This document shows positions 35,066-45,812 of a stretch of DNA of 64,000 bases, piece after piece; position 1 is the first letter of the stretch, and every line of letters starts with the position of its first letter. The notes below the pieces were generated by a model. That model saw only the letters and a list, made by a program, of their open reading frames with translations, was not told where the DNA came from and searched no databases. A program made the position numbers and the translations under genes. This DNA is from Naegleria gruberi. Its lineage: Eukaryota. The stretch lies in assembly GCA_000004985.1 (NCBI GenBank), contig GG738928.1, one strand, 5' to 3'.

Positions 35066-36181
35066 TTAGTGTCTTGGACCGTAGTCTCTACTGTCTCTAG
35101 GACGAGATTCAAACTCATTACGAGATGATCCTTGATTGTTGTTCTTATTTGAATCATTGGTTGTTCTTCCATATGAAGGTCTATCAGAATAATTTCCATA
35201 AGATTGATGTCTGTCATAATATGCTCCTCCTCTATTGTTGTTGTTATTGTAAGAACGAGGTGGTGGAATTTCAATTTGATTTGAATTATCAGACACTCTA
35301 CCATAAGAAGATGTTGGACCATAATAGGATGAAGAATTATTTCTTGAATCAACTCTTCCATAGTGAGGTGAATTATTTTGTGGAGGAGGGTAAGGTTGAT
35401 ATCTATTATTATTATTGTTGGAATAGTGATAATCACGAGTTGATCGTGGATTTCTGTATGGTGATGATGGCCTAGAAGATGACGATCCATATCGATCTCG
35501 ATCATCTCGGAATGGAGGAGAAGGTGGAGAATAATTATCAGAGTGACGATGATGATCTGATCCATTGTTTCCTCCACGATGATAGTCATTATTATAGGAT
35601 GATGATCTGCTACTATCACGATCATTATCATAAGATCTTCTACCAGACATTGAACCTCCTCCTCTTGGTTCTCTTCCACCTCTTGGTCCTCGTTTCTTTA
35701 GCATCTTTATATAATCATCTCTCTTCATACCACCATCTTTTCCTCTTCCGTATTGTCTCCCTTCTACGAAACCTGTATCGATGGCAATTTTAAGAGCACG
35801 ATTATTTAATTTACATCCTCTACAATATTTAACGCATTCCTCTGCATCGGATCTGTGATAGAACTCAACAAAACAAAATCCACAAGGTGTTAACGTATTT
35901 CTATTTAAACCCATTACAACTCGCTTAACTTCTCCACATTTTTCAAACAATTCGTATATTTGCTCCTCCTTGGTATAAAAACTTAGATTTTCTACATAGA
36001 TTGTTGAAGATTGAGAAAGTGCCCTCTCGAAATCCTCTTCATTTCCGCCCTCATTTACATAGTGTTTTAATAAATATTCATATTCTCTCTTGCTTCCGTG
36101 AAAAAATTTTAAAGGATGATGAGCTTCGAGAAGATGAGCCATTTTTTTTGTATCTAAATTTTTATTCTTCCCCTTCAACAT
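35066..36181 (-). CDS. Nuclear cap-binding protein subunit 2 (CBP20/NCBP2) with a long RG/RS/Tyr/Asn-rich C-terminal extension. Alternative start at 36142 (MAHLL, A-rich leader).
   Basis: RRM block [52 protein letters not shown]....Y..G..L..R...[12 protein letters not shown] aligns to CBP20. The track's first codon is GTG. Confidence 0.8.
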   Translation of the reverse strand: MLKGKNKNLDTKKMAHLLEAHHPLKFFHGSKREYEYLLKHYVNEGGNEEDFERALSQSSTIYVENLSFYTKEEQIYELFEKCGEVKRVVMGLNRNTLTPCGFCFVEFYHRSDAEECVKYCRGCKLNNRALKIAIDTGFVEGRQYGRGKDGGMKRDDYIKMLKKRGPRGGREPRGGGSMSGRRSYDNDRDSSRSSSYNNDYHRGGNNGSDHHRHSDNYSPPSPPFRDDRDRYGSSSSRPSSPYRNPRSTRDYHYSNNNNNRYQPYPPPQNNSPHYGRVDSRNNSSSYYGPTSSYGRVSDNSNQIEIPPPRSYNNNNNRGGAYYDRHQSYGNYSDRPSYGRTTNDSNKNNNQGSSRNEFESRPRDSRDYGPRH

Positions 36182-36473
36182 TAATTCATCGAGCCTTCTT
36201 TGCACAAAGGAATATCAACACCACAAACATAGCTTAGCATAGCAGACAAAGAGGCTTTGACAGAGTTGTGGATTCTTTGCCATCACCCTTGACTAGACAT
36301 GGTACAAGAAAACATTTTGCACAACATTGGAATGCCCTTTGAAATGAATTATCATAACATACACACCATTAATACCTTACTGCCCTCTTATTGTGACAGG
36401 TCCATTTATCTATTGTTTATTGTCACAGCACAGTATGAGGACACAGTAATGAATTAACATCTTCTTTTAAAAA

Positions 36474-39400
36474 ATGCCTCAAGATAGAAGGGCCAACCTC
36501 TTGCTCTTGATTATCACAGTTATTTTGTGTTTCGCAGCAACGGCCGACTTGTCTAAGGGAATTTTAACGGAGGCAGAATATCAAACCTACATCTCCAATT
36601 CATGCCCTTCTAAGCCTCTCTCCACTGATGCTTGGTACTCTGAGGAAAGTAACTTGATAAATATTATTCTTGCGGGTGATAATTCAAAGCTTCCTCTGAT
36701 CTACCCTCAGGAGTATTCGACGAATAACACTATTGTAAGGGATGATATTCTCAATACAACTACAACAAGCAACTCTTCACCAGCAACAACAATATTACAA
36801 TCAGGAAACAATACAACAGTGAACAACTCCTCCTCAACAAGCAACACAACTATTACCATTATTCAAGGGTGGGATGATCTTCTCAAAGTTCTTAATGAGA
36901 CTTTGAAACCCAACGCTACCCTCGCTGATAACTCAACAAGTGGAAATAATAGTTCTCTAGGATCGAATGGTTCAATCATTTTTAATTCCACCAATTCACA
37001 AACAACTACTAATGGAAATGTACCTCTGTTGAATACTACCCTTAACTCAACCACAAACTCTAGCCCTTCTGTTGGAACAAATACAACAAATACTCAGTTA
37101 TCCTCCAATACAACCCCTAGTGTTATTTCGAATAGTACTGGTACAGCTTCGACAATCAATTCCACTAATGCTAACCTGAACACAGTGAATGGAACAAGCG
37201 GAAGTACAGAAATTGGTTCGACCTATGGATCCAACAGCACTTCTGGTCAAGGTAATAGCACAACCACGAACACGCCATTTGGTTCTAACTCTAATTCCAT
37301 AGGATCAACAATAGTAACTAACGGAACTGTTGCAGCCGGTGCAATTTCTAGTTCAACAGTAACCTCAAACGGTGGGTATGTTGGCTCCAATACCTCTGGT
37401 TCAATAAGCACAACTTCAACTGGATCTAATAGCCAAGGATTAGGATCTAGCTCCTCCACAAATGTCTCTGCTAATAATACTGCAACTGTTAGTGGACCTT
37501 CAAGTGGATTTAATTCTACTTCTGGGGCAACTTCTGGGGCAAACAACGGTTCCGTTACAACAAGTACTGGAACAAATGGTCAATCAACTACTGGAACAAG
37601 CTTAGGATCGACCTCCTCTAATGGTTCAAACAGTGGTTCAACTAATGGAACAAATACAGGTTCCGTTTCCACAAGTACTGGAACAAGTGGTTCCTCTTCA
37701 AGTGTTTCAACAAACTCAGGATCAACAAGCTCTTCTAACTCTGGTTCAACTAATGGAGCAAACACCGGATCAATTGGCGTTTCTAACTCTGGATCTTCTA
37801 TTGGAACAAATACTGGTTCTGGTTCAACAATCACTGGAACCAGTTCAGGTTCTTCAACTAGTTCTAACACCAATACAGGAAACAATAATGTCTCCAATTC
37901 TGGATTAAATGGTCAAGGAACAAATTCTACTTCAAGCTCCTCAGCTACTAACATTTCAGGTTCAAATAATACTGGATCAAGTAATCAAGGAAGTAATTCA
38001 GGATCCAGTTCTACTGGAACAAGTAGCACTTCAAGTACTGGATTAAATGGTAGCGTTTCTTCAGGTGGTTCTAACACTGGAACAAATGGAGTATCAAATA
38101 ATGGATCAGCAACTGGCATTGCTCCCAATGTCTCTGGAACAAGTGGTAGTTCCTCTTCAAGTGTTTCAAACACTGTCTCCTCAAACTCAGGTTCGAGTGC
38201 TAATAATACTTCAACTGTTAGTGGACCTTCAGCAGGATCTAATTCTACTTCTGGAACAACTTCTGGAGCAAACAGCGGTTCCGTTACAACAAGTACTGGA
38301 ACAAACGGTCAATCAAATTCTGGAGCTAGCTCAGGATCTACCTCCTCTGGCTCTTCAAGTGGTTCGAACAGTGGTCCTGGCTCTAATACTGGTACAAGTG
38401 ATACTAATACAGGGTCAACAAGCTCTTCTAACTCTGGTTCTTCGAGTGGAGCAAGTACTGGTTCAGGTTCTTCAACAAATTCTAACACTAATCCAGGAAA
38501 CAACAATGTCTCCAATTCTGGATTAAATGGTCAAGGAACAAATTCTGCTTTAGGCTCCTCAGCTACTAACATTTCAGGAGCAAGTAATACTGGACAAGTT
38601 CTACATCTCAAGCTCTGGATTAAGTAATTCAGGATCCAGTTCTACTGGATCAAGTAGCACTTCAAGTACTGGATTAAATGGTGGCTCTTCTACAGGTGGT
38701 TCTAACACTGGAACAAATGGAGTATCAAATAATGGATCAGCAACTGGCATTGCTCCCAATGTCTCTGGAACAAGTGGTAGTTCCTCTTCAAGTGTTTCAA
38801 ACACTGTCTCCGCAAGCTCAGGTTCGAGTGCTAATACTTCAACTGTTAGTGGACCTTCAGCAGGATCTAATTCTACTTCTGGAACAACTTCTGGAGCAAA
38901 CAGCGGTTCCGTTACAACAAGTACTGGAACAAACGGTCAATCAAATTCTGGAGCTAGCTCAGGATCTACCTCCTTTGGCTCTTCAAGTGGTTCTACCAAT
39001 GCTGGACCCAATTCTAGTAGTAATTCAACGGTCAGTGGTGGTTCTTCAAATGCATCTGGTTTTACAAGTACTGGACCGAATACTCAAGGTGGTTCATTAT
39101 CTGACTCCTCAAATACTGGAACTGCTAGCACTCCAAGTGCTGGATTAAGTAGTGGATCTTCTTCAGGTGGTTCTAACACTGGGACAAATGGAGCATCAAA
39201 TAATGTTTCTGGAACAAATGGTGGTTCATCTTCTAGTGTAACAAACAGTGGTTCTGGTTCTAATACTGGTATTAATACTGGAACAATTGGCGTTTCTAAC
39301 TCTGGATCTTCTATAGGAACTGGGGTAAATACTGGTGCTGGAGCAAGTTCAGGATCTTCAACAAATTCTAACATCAATACAGGAACCAATAGTGTCTCCA

Positions 39401-42130
39401 ATTCTGGATTAAATGGTCAAGGAACAAATTCTACTTCAAGCTCCTCAGCTACTAACATTTCAGGTTCAAGTTATACTGGTACAGGAGGTACTACCTCTTC
39501 AAGTTCTGGATTAAGTGGTGGTTCTTCGTCAGGTAATGCTATTACTGGATCAACAACTGGCAACACTGCAAATGTCTATGGAGGAAATGGTGTTATCAAT
39601 ACAGGATCAACCAGCACTGGAGCAAATACTGGTTTACCAAGCACAGGACCTTCAACTACTCAATCACTGGAACAATTGGTGTTATCAATTCAGGATCAAC
39701 GAGCTCTTCTAACTCTGGATCTTCGCCTGGAGCAAATACTGGTTCTGGTACAACAATCACTGGAACTAGTTCAGGATCTTCAACAAATTCTAACACTAAT
39801 ACAGGAACCAATAGTGTATCAGGTTCAAATACTAGTGGCTCTATCACAAGCCCATCCACTGTATCCACTAGCTCTTCTAACATTGGAACAAATACTGGTT
39901 CCGGTTCGAGTAATACTGGAACTTCTAGTAATGGATCAATTGTTTCAAATAGTGGCTCCACAAGTACTGAAACTACTAGCACCCCAAATACTGGATTAAA
40001 TGGTGGTTTTTATTCAGGTGGTTCCAACACTGGAACAAATGGAGTATCAAATAATGAATCAACAACTGGTATCACTACAAATGTTTCTGGAACAATTGGG
40101 GGTTCATCTTCTAGTGTATCAAATAGTGGTTCTGGTTCTAATACTGGTATTAATACTGGAACAATTGGCGCTTCTAACTCTGGATCTTCTATTGGAACAA
40201 ATAATGGTTCTGGTTCAACAATCACTGGAACCAGTTCAGGATCTTCAACTAGTTCTAACATCAATACAGGAAACAATAATGTCTCCAATTCTGGATTAAA
40301 TGGTCAAGGAACAAATTCTACTTCAAGCTCTTCAGCTACTAACATTTCGGGTTCAAGTAATACTGGTACAGGAGGTACTACCTCTTCAAGTTCTGGATTA
40401 AGTGGTGGTTCTTCTTCTGGTGGTTCTAACACTGGAACAACTGAATCAACAATTGGCAACACTGCAAATGTCTATGGAGGAAATGGTGTTATCAATACAG
40501 GATCAACCATTTCTGGAACAAACACTGGTTTACCAAGCACAGGAGCATCAACTACTTCAACAGGCAATCCTGGTTCTGGTTCAGCAAACACTGGAACCAC
40601 TTCAAACGGTTCTACCAATACAGGTACCACAATTAATAGTGGTTCAGGATCTACCAATACAGGTACCACAATTAATAGTGGTTCAGTATCTGGTTCTTCA
40701 ACAGGTTTAAACAACTCTGGTTCTTCAACAAATAACAGTAGCTCAACAATTTCTACCACAACAAACCCAGCCACTTCCAGTGGTTCAGGATCTTCAACAA
40801 ATTCTAACACTAATACAGGAAACAATAATGTCTCCAATTCTGGATCAAATGGTCAAGGAACAAATTCTGCTTCAAGCTCTTCAGCTACTAACATTTCAGG
40901 TTCAAATACTAGTGGTTCAAGCTCATCTTCTGGTTCTTCTAACACTGGAGCAAATACTGGATTAACAAGCACAGGACCATCCAATACTCCAACCAATAAT
41001 GGGGGTTCCTCTAATTCTGGGTCAAGCTCTAGTGGAACTAGTGGTTCAACTTCAGTTATTTTTGGAGCAACAAGCTCCTCCAATCCTAACTCTGGCTCTA
41101 ATACTGGTACAAGTGGTGATACCAATACAGGATCAACGAGCTCTTCTAACTCTGGATCTTCGACTGGGGCAAATACTGCTTCAAGCAATGCTGGATCAGG
41201 TACAAACAATGGAAACAATGGATCAACAAGTTCAAATAGCAATTCAACAAGTTATAGTGCTCTTGATACTCTTCGTAAAGAAATAGAACGATTAGTTACA
41301 GATATTATTGGGCGACCTGATCCAAACCTGCCAACACCAGATCTTCAAAAAGGAATAGACACACTTAAAAATGACATTCTTGGTGTCAAACCTGCCTCAC
41401 CGACTACTACTAGTCTACCACCAACTCAACAAACTCTAACAGCTCAATTAACAACTCACCAACATCAAACAATAATGTTACAAAACCTTCTAACAATACA
41501 AACACAACCACAACCCTTAACGCCTCAAAAAGCACAACCCCAACAAGGAACTCAACCACTACTTCGACTAGTGTATCAACCACAACAACCGATAGTACTT
41601 CCAATGCTATTCAGTCAAGTAATAGAAACAACAATGCTGGAAGTCCAATCAGATGTAAACAGAAATGTCCTGTTAGGTATGAACAGAAAGTGTGTATAAC
41701 CAAAAGAAAAACCAGTAGTTCTTCTTCTGTTGTTGCATCCAATATTGTTGCAGTCATGGCAGAGAACATTGCCACCATTAAGAATGGATCACCTGATGGG
41801 TTAATAATTGGTTTATCTGTTGCAGGAGGTGTGTTAGCAATTCTGTGTTGTACAGGATCGTCTATCATTGGATGTGTTCTGTACGCTAAGAGAAAGAGAA
41901 ATAATTTCTGGAATCTTTATGAAGATAAAAATGTCAGAATGCTTATGGAGGGTCACATTGATGAAAGTGCATATGCAGATGTTGAATTAGAGGATGATGA
42001 AGAATTTGATCCACTAGAAGCAAAATCTTCTTACTCTGGCTCTAATGAAGATGATTTCAAGTTTGACGAAGAATCAGAAGAATCTTCAGAATCAGATAAA
42101 CAAGAAGAAGAAATTGAATTTGAATATTAA
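36474..42130 (+). CDS. Giant mucin-like type I membrane protein. Domain order: signal peptide, ~1800 aa Ser/Thr/Gly/Asn-rich region built from higher-order tandem repeats, TM helix, acidic cytoplasmic tail. The reading frame breaks at about 38595, 39655 and 41400-41460 (indels or unrecognised introns).
   Basis: Signal peptide MPQDRRANLLLLIITVILCFAATA. The conserved block aattctggattaaatggtcaaggaacaaattct...gctactaacatttcagg recurs at about 37893, 38514, 39393, 40283 and 40833. The terminal segment 41690..42130 encodes the TM (GLIIGLSVAGGVLAILCCTGSSIIGCVLYA) and a D/E-rich tail in a frame that connects back through S/T/N-rich sequence. Confidence 0.5.
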
Positions 42131-42253
42131 AAAACTAGTAATAAATTTAATATCAAATTATATGAGTTTTAATTCCTTAAATCGTTGGAGCGGGATTGAA
42201 AGCCATTGAAATAGAAACACGAAAACTTCAGCTTGGAAACTAAAAATAAAAAA

Positions 42254-43567
42254 ATGTACAACAATAATAATAATTCATCCTTCTACTCTTCGGGTACAGG
42301 ATTTGTACCACCAACTCAGGGTTATTCCTATCAACAACCTCCTCCTATCAATACACAACCTCCTATCAATAATATGAATTCATCTTTTTCCAATCTTCCA
42401 AAAACATCCTATTATTCAGGTACAACAACAACAACAACAGCAGATCAAGCACAAAGAATTAGACAATTACAAGCTGATTCTATAATTAAAAGATTTCATA
42501 ATGCTAAAATTGTTTCTACATTAGATAATAATGTACTTGATGTTCCTATTACATTAAAGAATGGACAACAAATTACTTTCCGTGTTTTAATGCAACAAGC
42601 CTTCCCACAACAACCACCTCTAATTACTACTCTCTGTACAATTAAACATGCAAATGTTGATTTAAGTGGTTACGTTGTTCATCCACAATTAAGACAATGG
42701 ACTCAACAATCAAGTCTTGGAGATGTTTTGACAATAGTTTTTAGAGATTTTATCAACACTCCTCCAAACTATATTTCTGATGAATTACCAAAGAATCATA
42801 TCACAAAAACAACAGCAAATATTGGTATGATTACTCCTCCAATCGGATCTACTCCTCCTCCTGGTTTAAATCAAACATCTCCATTGATGTTTAATCAACC
42901 TCCAATTAATCAACCTCCAATGACAAGTTCAACTTATCCTCCAAATAATACAATTCCATCCATGACAAATCCAATGACTAATTCAATGACAAGTACTGTC
43001 CCAACAAATACTCAACCAACTTTCCAAGATTCCTCTTGTATGATTCCTTTACCAAATATTCCAACAAACTTTTCTGAAATTTCTTTACTTGAAGGAGTTG
43101 ATGCCGTTCAAAAATTACTTGATAGTGAAGAATTATTCAAGCAGTTTATTGAAAACTTATCATTTACAAGAGAAGCAAAGAATATTTATCAAGATTTGAG
43201 AAATGCCAATATGGATATTGCCAAGAGAAGTGTAGAAAAAGATGAACAAATCAATAACACTCTCAAAGAACAAATTACTCAAAAAAAGGCAGAAGTTGAC
43301 AGACTTTTGGATCAAGTTCAATTTTTACAAAATAAGCAACAACAACTTTCTCAAAGATATGCACCAACTCAATTATTAATTATGTTAAATGAAAAGATTG
43401 ATGAAGTTGACAATGAAAGTGAACAAGTAGGAGATTTGTTCCTTGATAGTCCAACAGCTGAACCACATCAAGTGAAAGAATTTATTGACAAGTATTTGGA
43501 AAAGAGAACACTTTATTACTTGAGAAGACAAAAACGTGATCGTTTCAAGGATACCTATATTAAATAA
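42254..43567 (+). CDS. ESCRT-I subunit Vps37-like (Mod(r) domain) with an N-terminal UEV-like domain and Q/N/P-rich linker
   Basis: The C-terminus has coiled coils and ...EFIDKYLEKRTLYYLRRQKRDRF, matching the Vps37 Mod(r) end motif (FLE.FLEKR...HLRR...EKL). The N-terminal beta-rich domain (ITFRVLMQQAFPQQPPLITTLCTIKH) resembles the UEV fold. ATG at 42254; the track start is TTG. Confidence 0.55.
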   Translation: MYNNNNNSSFYSSGTGFVPPTQGYSYQQPPPINTQPPINNMNSSFSNLPKTSYYSGTTTTTTADQAQRIRQLQADSIIKRFHNAKIVSTLDNNVLDVPITLKNGQQITFRVLMQQAFPQQPPLITTLCTIKHANVDLSGYVVHPQLRQWTQQSSLGDVLTIVFRDFINTPPNYISDELPKNHITKTTANIGMITPPIGSTPPPGLNQTSPLMFNQPPINQPPMTSSTYPPNNTIPSMTNPMTNSMTSTVPTNTQPTFQDSSCMIPLPNIPTNFSEISLLEGVDAVQKLLDSEELFKQFIENLSFTREAKNIYQDLRNANMDIAKRSVEKDEQINNTLKEQITQKKAEVDRLLDQVQFLQNKQQQLSQRYAPTQLLIMLNEKIDEVDNESEQVGDLFLDSPTAEPHQVKEFIDKYLEKRTLYYLRRQKRDRFKDTYIK

Positions 43568-43754
43568 ATTCTAATTTGTATTATTAAATTATTTCAATAT
43601 TTAAATTTTAAATATTTTCACAATTTTGATTTTTAACACATCAAATTTGACAGGTGTTGGTTGGCTTTAAATAATACAGGACTAATAATTTATTAATAGG
43701 AGGGAAGATAGATTATCTTTTACAATTGTACAAGATGGAGATTGGGAAATTAAA

Positions 43755-44906
43755 TTAAAGAGTGAATCCAAGATTCTTTTGAATGTCAGCAACATTCCAG
43801 AACAAAACTTTGCCGTCCAAACCAGCGGTAACAAACTTGCTAACCTTACCACCTTCAACCTTGAAAGCTTCAATACAGTTAATAACATTGTGGTGACGAG
43901 TTTGTGGAGCATCGCTCTTTTCAGCATTTTGAGAACCAACAGTTGAAGTAGCTTGGAATTTTAAGAAAGCACTTCTGACACCAACACCTTGAGCCGCACC
44001 AGTCTTCTTCATTTCATCACAAGATCCCTTCAAAACCCACTTGTTTCCTTCCAAAGCAAAAGCATATGGAGCAAAATCATAACCAGCAGCAACAAAGACC
44101 TTGTCGGAAAGGAACAAACCACAATAGAATGGTAACTTTTCATGACGAACAACTTGAGATTCAATTGGTTGAGCATCAGCAACAGATTGATCTTGTGAAG
44201 CATAATCAACAAATTGAACAGTAGAATCGTGTCCAATGAAAGCTAACCATTTACCATTTGGTGAGAATTGAACAGAGTGAACCCATCCCTTTGATGTATA
44301 TTCAACAAAGACATCACCAAACTTTAACTTGTTATCGGCACTTCTCTTACCGTCCACTTCCTTGAGGTATGTATTAAAAGTACGAGCTTTCATGTCACTA
44401 CTACCAGTAGCTAATGTGTTAATAGTTGGATGCCAAGCAACAGATTTGATGGTTGATTTGTGTTTCTTAATCATCTTTGAAATGTACCACTTGTTTTCAG
44501 CTTCATAGAAACAAACAGCAATCATCTTGGAAGCACTACCAACAGCAAACTTTTCTTCGTTTGGAGACCACTTACAACAAGTAGCTGCTTTAGTAAGACG
44601 AAGTAAAACAAGTGTTGGATTCCATTTCTTTTCCTTTTCATTATATTCCCATACGTAGGCATTACGATCTTGAGCACAAGATAAAATCTTGTTAGATTTT
44701 GGTGCCCAATCAATACCAGTTACATAGTGGTCATGATCAGTCAATGTATGTTCTCTTTCCCACTTTTCGAAATCTTCACTACCATTAGTCTTATAGATGT
44801 GAATTTCACTGTTTCCTGGCGAGACAGCAACTCTTGATTTATCACCATTCCAAGCCATACAGCTGATAGCTTGAGCGAGGACTTTTTGGGTGTTGAGCAA
44901 GGACAT
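43755..44906 (-). CDS. Arp2/3 complex subunit 1 (ARPC1/p41-ARC), WD40
   Basis: The full length is alignable to ARPC1 (ISCMAWNGDKSRVAV...HDHYVTGIDWAP.SN.I.SC.QDRNAYVW..., the WD repeats and the C-terminal LDGKVLFWNV). ATG at 44906 after a poly-A leader. Confidence 0.85.
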   Translation of the reverse strand: MSLLNTQKVLAQAISCMAWNGDKSRVAVSPGNSEIHIYKTNGSEDFEKWEREHTLTDHDHYVTGIDWAPKSNKILSCAQDRNAYVWEYNEKEKKWNPTLVLLRLTKAATCCKWSPNEEKFAVGSASKMIAVCFYEAENKWYISKMIKKHKSTIKSVAWHPTINTLATGSSDMKARTFNTYLKEVDGKRSADNKLKFGDVFVEYTSKGWVHSVQFSPNGKWLAFIGHDSTVQFVDYASQDQSVADAQPIESQVVRHEKLPFYCGLFLSDKVFVAAGYDFAPYAFALEGNKWVLKGSCDEMKKTGAAQGVGVRSAFLKFQATSTVGSQNAEKSDAPQTRHHNVINCIEAFKVEGGKVSKFVTAGLDGKVLFWNVADIQKNLGFTL

Positions 44907-45812
44907 TTTTTTTTTTTAATAAATTATTAAATTATTTAAATTTTTAATCGATGTGATGATGGCTTGATTTTTTCAAAGGCTTTAAAGTTTTGCAAAGAAG
45001 GCTTGTGTGATGACGCTCTGCTTTGCCGATCTAATCAGTGAAATCAATGATTGGAATTTTTTTTGAAAAGTGAATCGTGACGACTTGTTGATTGCTGATG
45101 GTAGTAGGATTGATATTAACAAAATAATGATTCAAATCAGTTTTTTACAGGGTTCTCCACATTCATTTACATTGTGAATGTCAAACAAGAATAGATACGA
45201 CAATCGACAAACATGAAAATAATAAATGTGAAACGACTAACCGTTACGAATAAAATTTAAAAAAAACATCATGATGATGTTTATTGTTTGCAACATAACA
45301 ACACCCTTCCACATTATTTTCACATAAACAACCATTAAACCTGATAATGTTTCAAACAATAACATTACAACCTCAAGCTTCCGAAGATATTCAGTATTGG
45401 CTGCCAAGACTTACGCTTGTTTCTATTTGATATCCAAAGCGCAGGTGACAATGTAAACCGATGTGAAAACACACCAATTTAATTAACACTACCGAAACTA
45501 ATAAATTTAACCCAAATTAAGAGTGACAATATGAATGAATCTTTTCTATGTCAATGATGAAAAAAGAAGTTTATTTTATTTCCATTTTCGAATTTCACGT
45601 GGAGAACCNCTGGTTTTTTAAAAGATGGGGATACAATACAGATGGATCGGTGGCGGTTCTGATTATCAGATCTTAATATTTGTTGTTAACTATTTAGAAA
45701 CTTTCATCAAATTCTGGTTAGAATTATAAAGTTCCATGTTCCGAAAACTATTTCTAAGGATTAATTCATCAAACAAGAGTTTCCGATACTTTTATCATTG
45801 ATTCCAATTATT

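Noticed and set aside
35008-35679. 223-aa ORF on the minus strand
   Set aside because: It is an out-of-frame reading of the CBP20 low-complexity tail.
37247-41604. Numerous plus- and minus-strand ORFs (PEPEL/VLEQ-rich) across the mucin repeats
   Set aside because: They are alternative-frame or antisense readings of the Ser/Thr/Gly codon repeats (tct/act/ggt read out of phase). Only the S/T/N-rich frame links signal peptide to TM.
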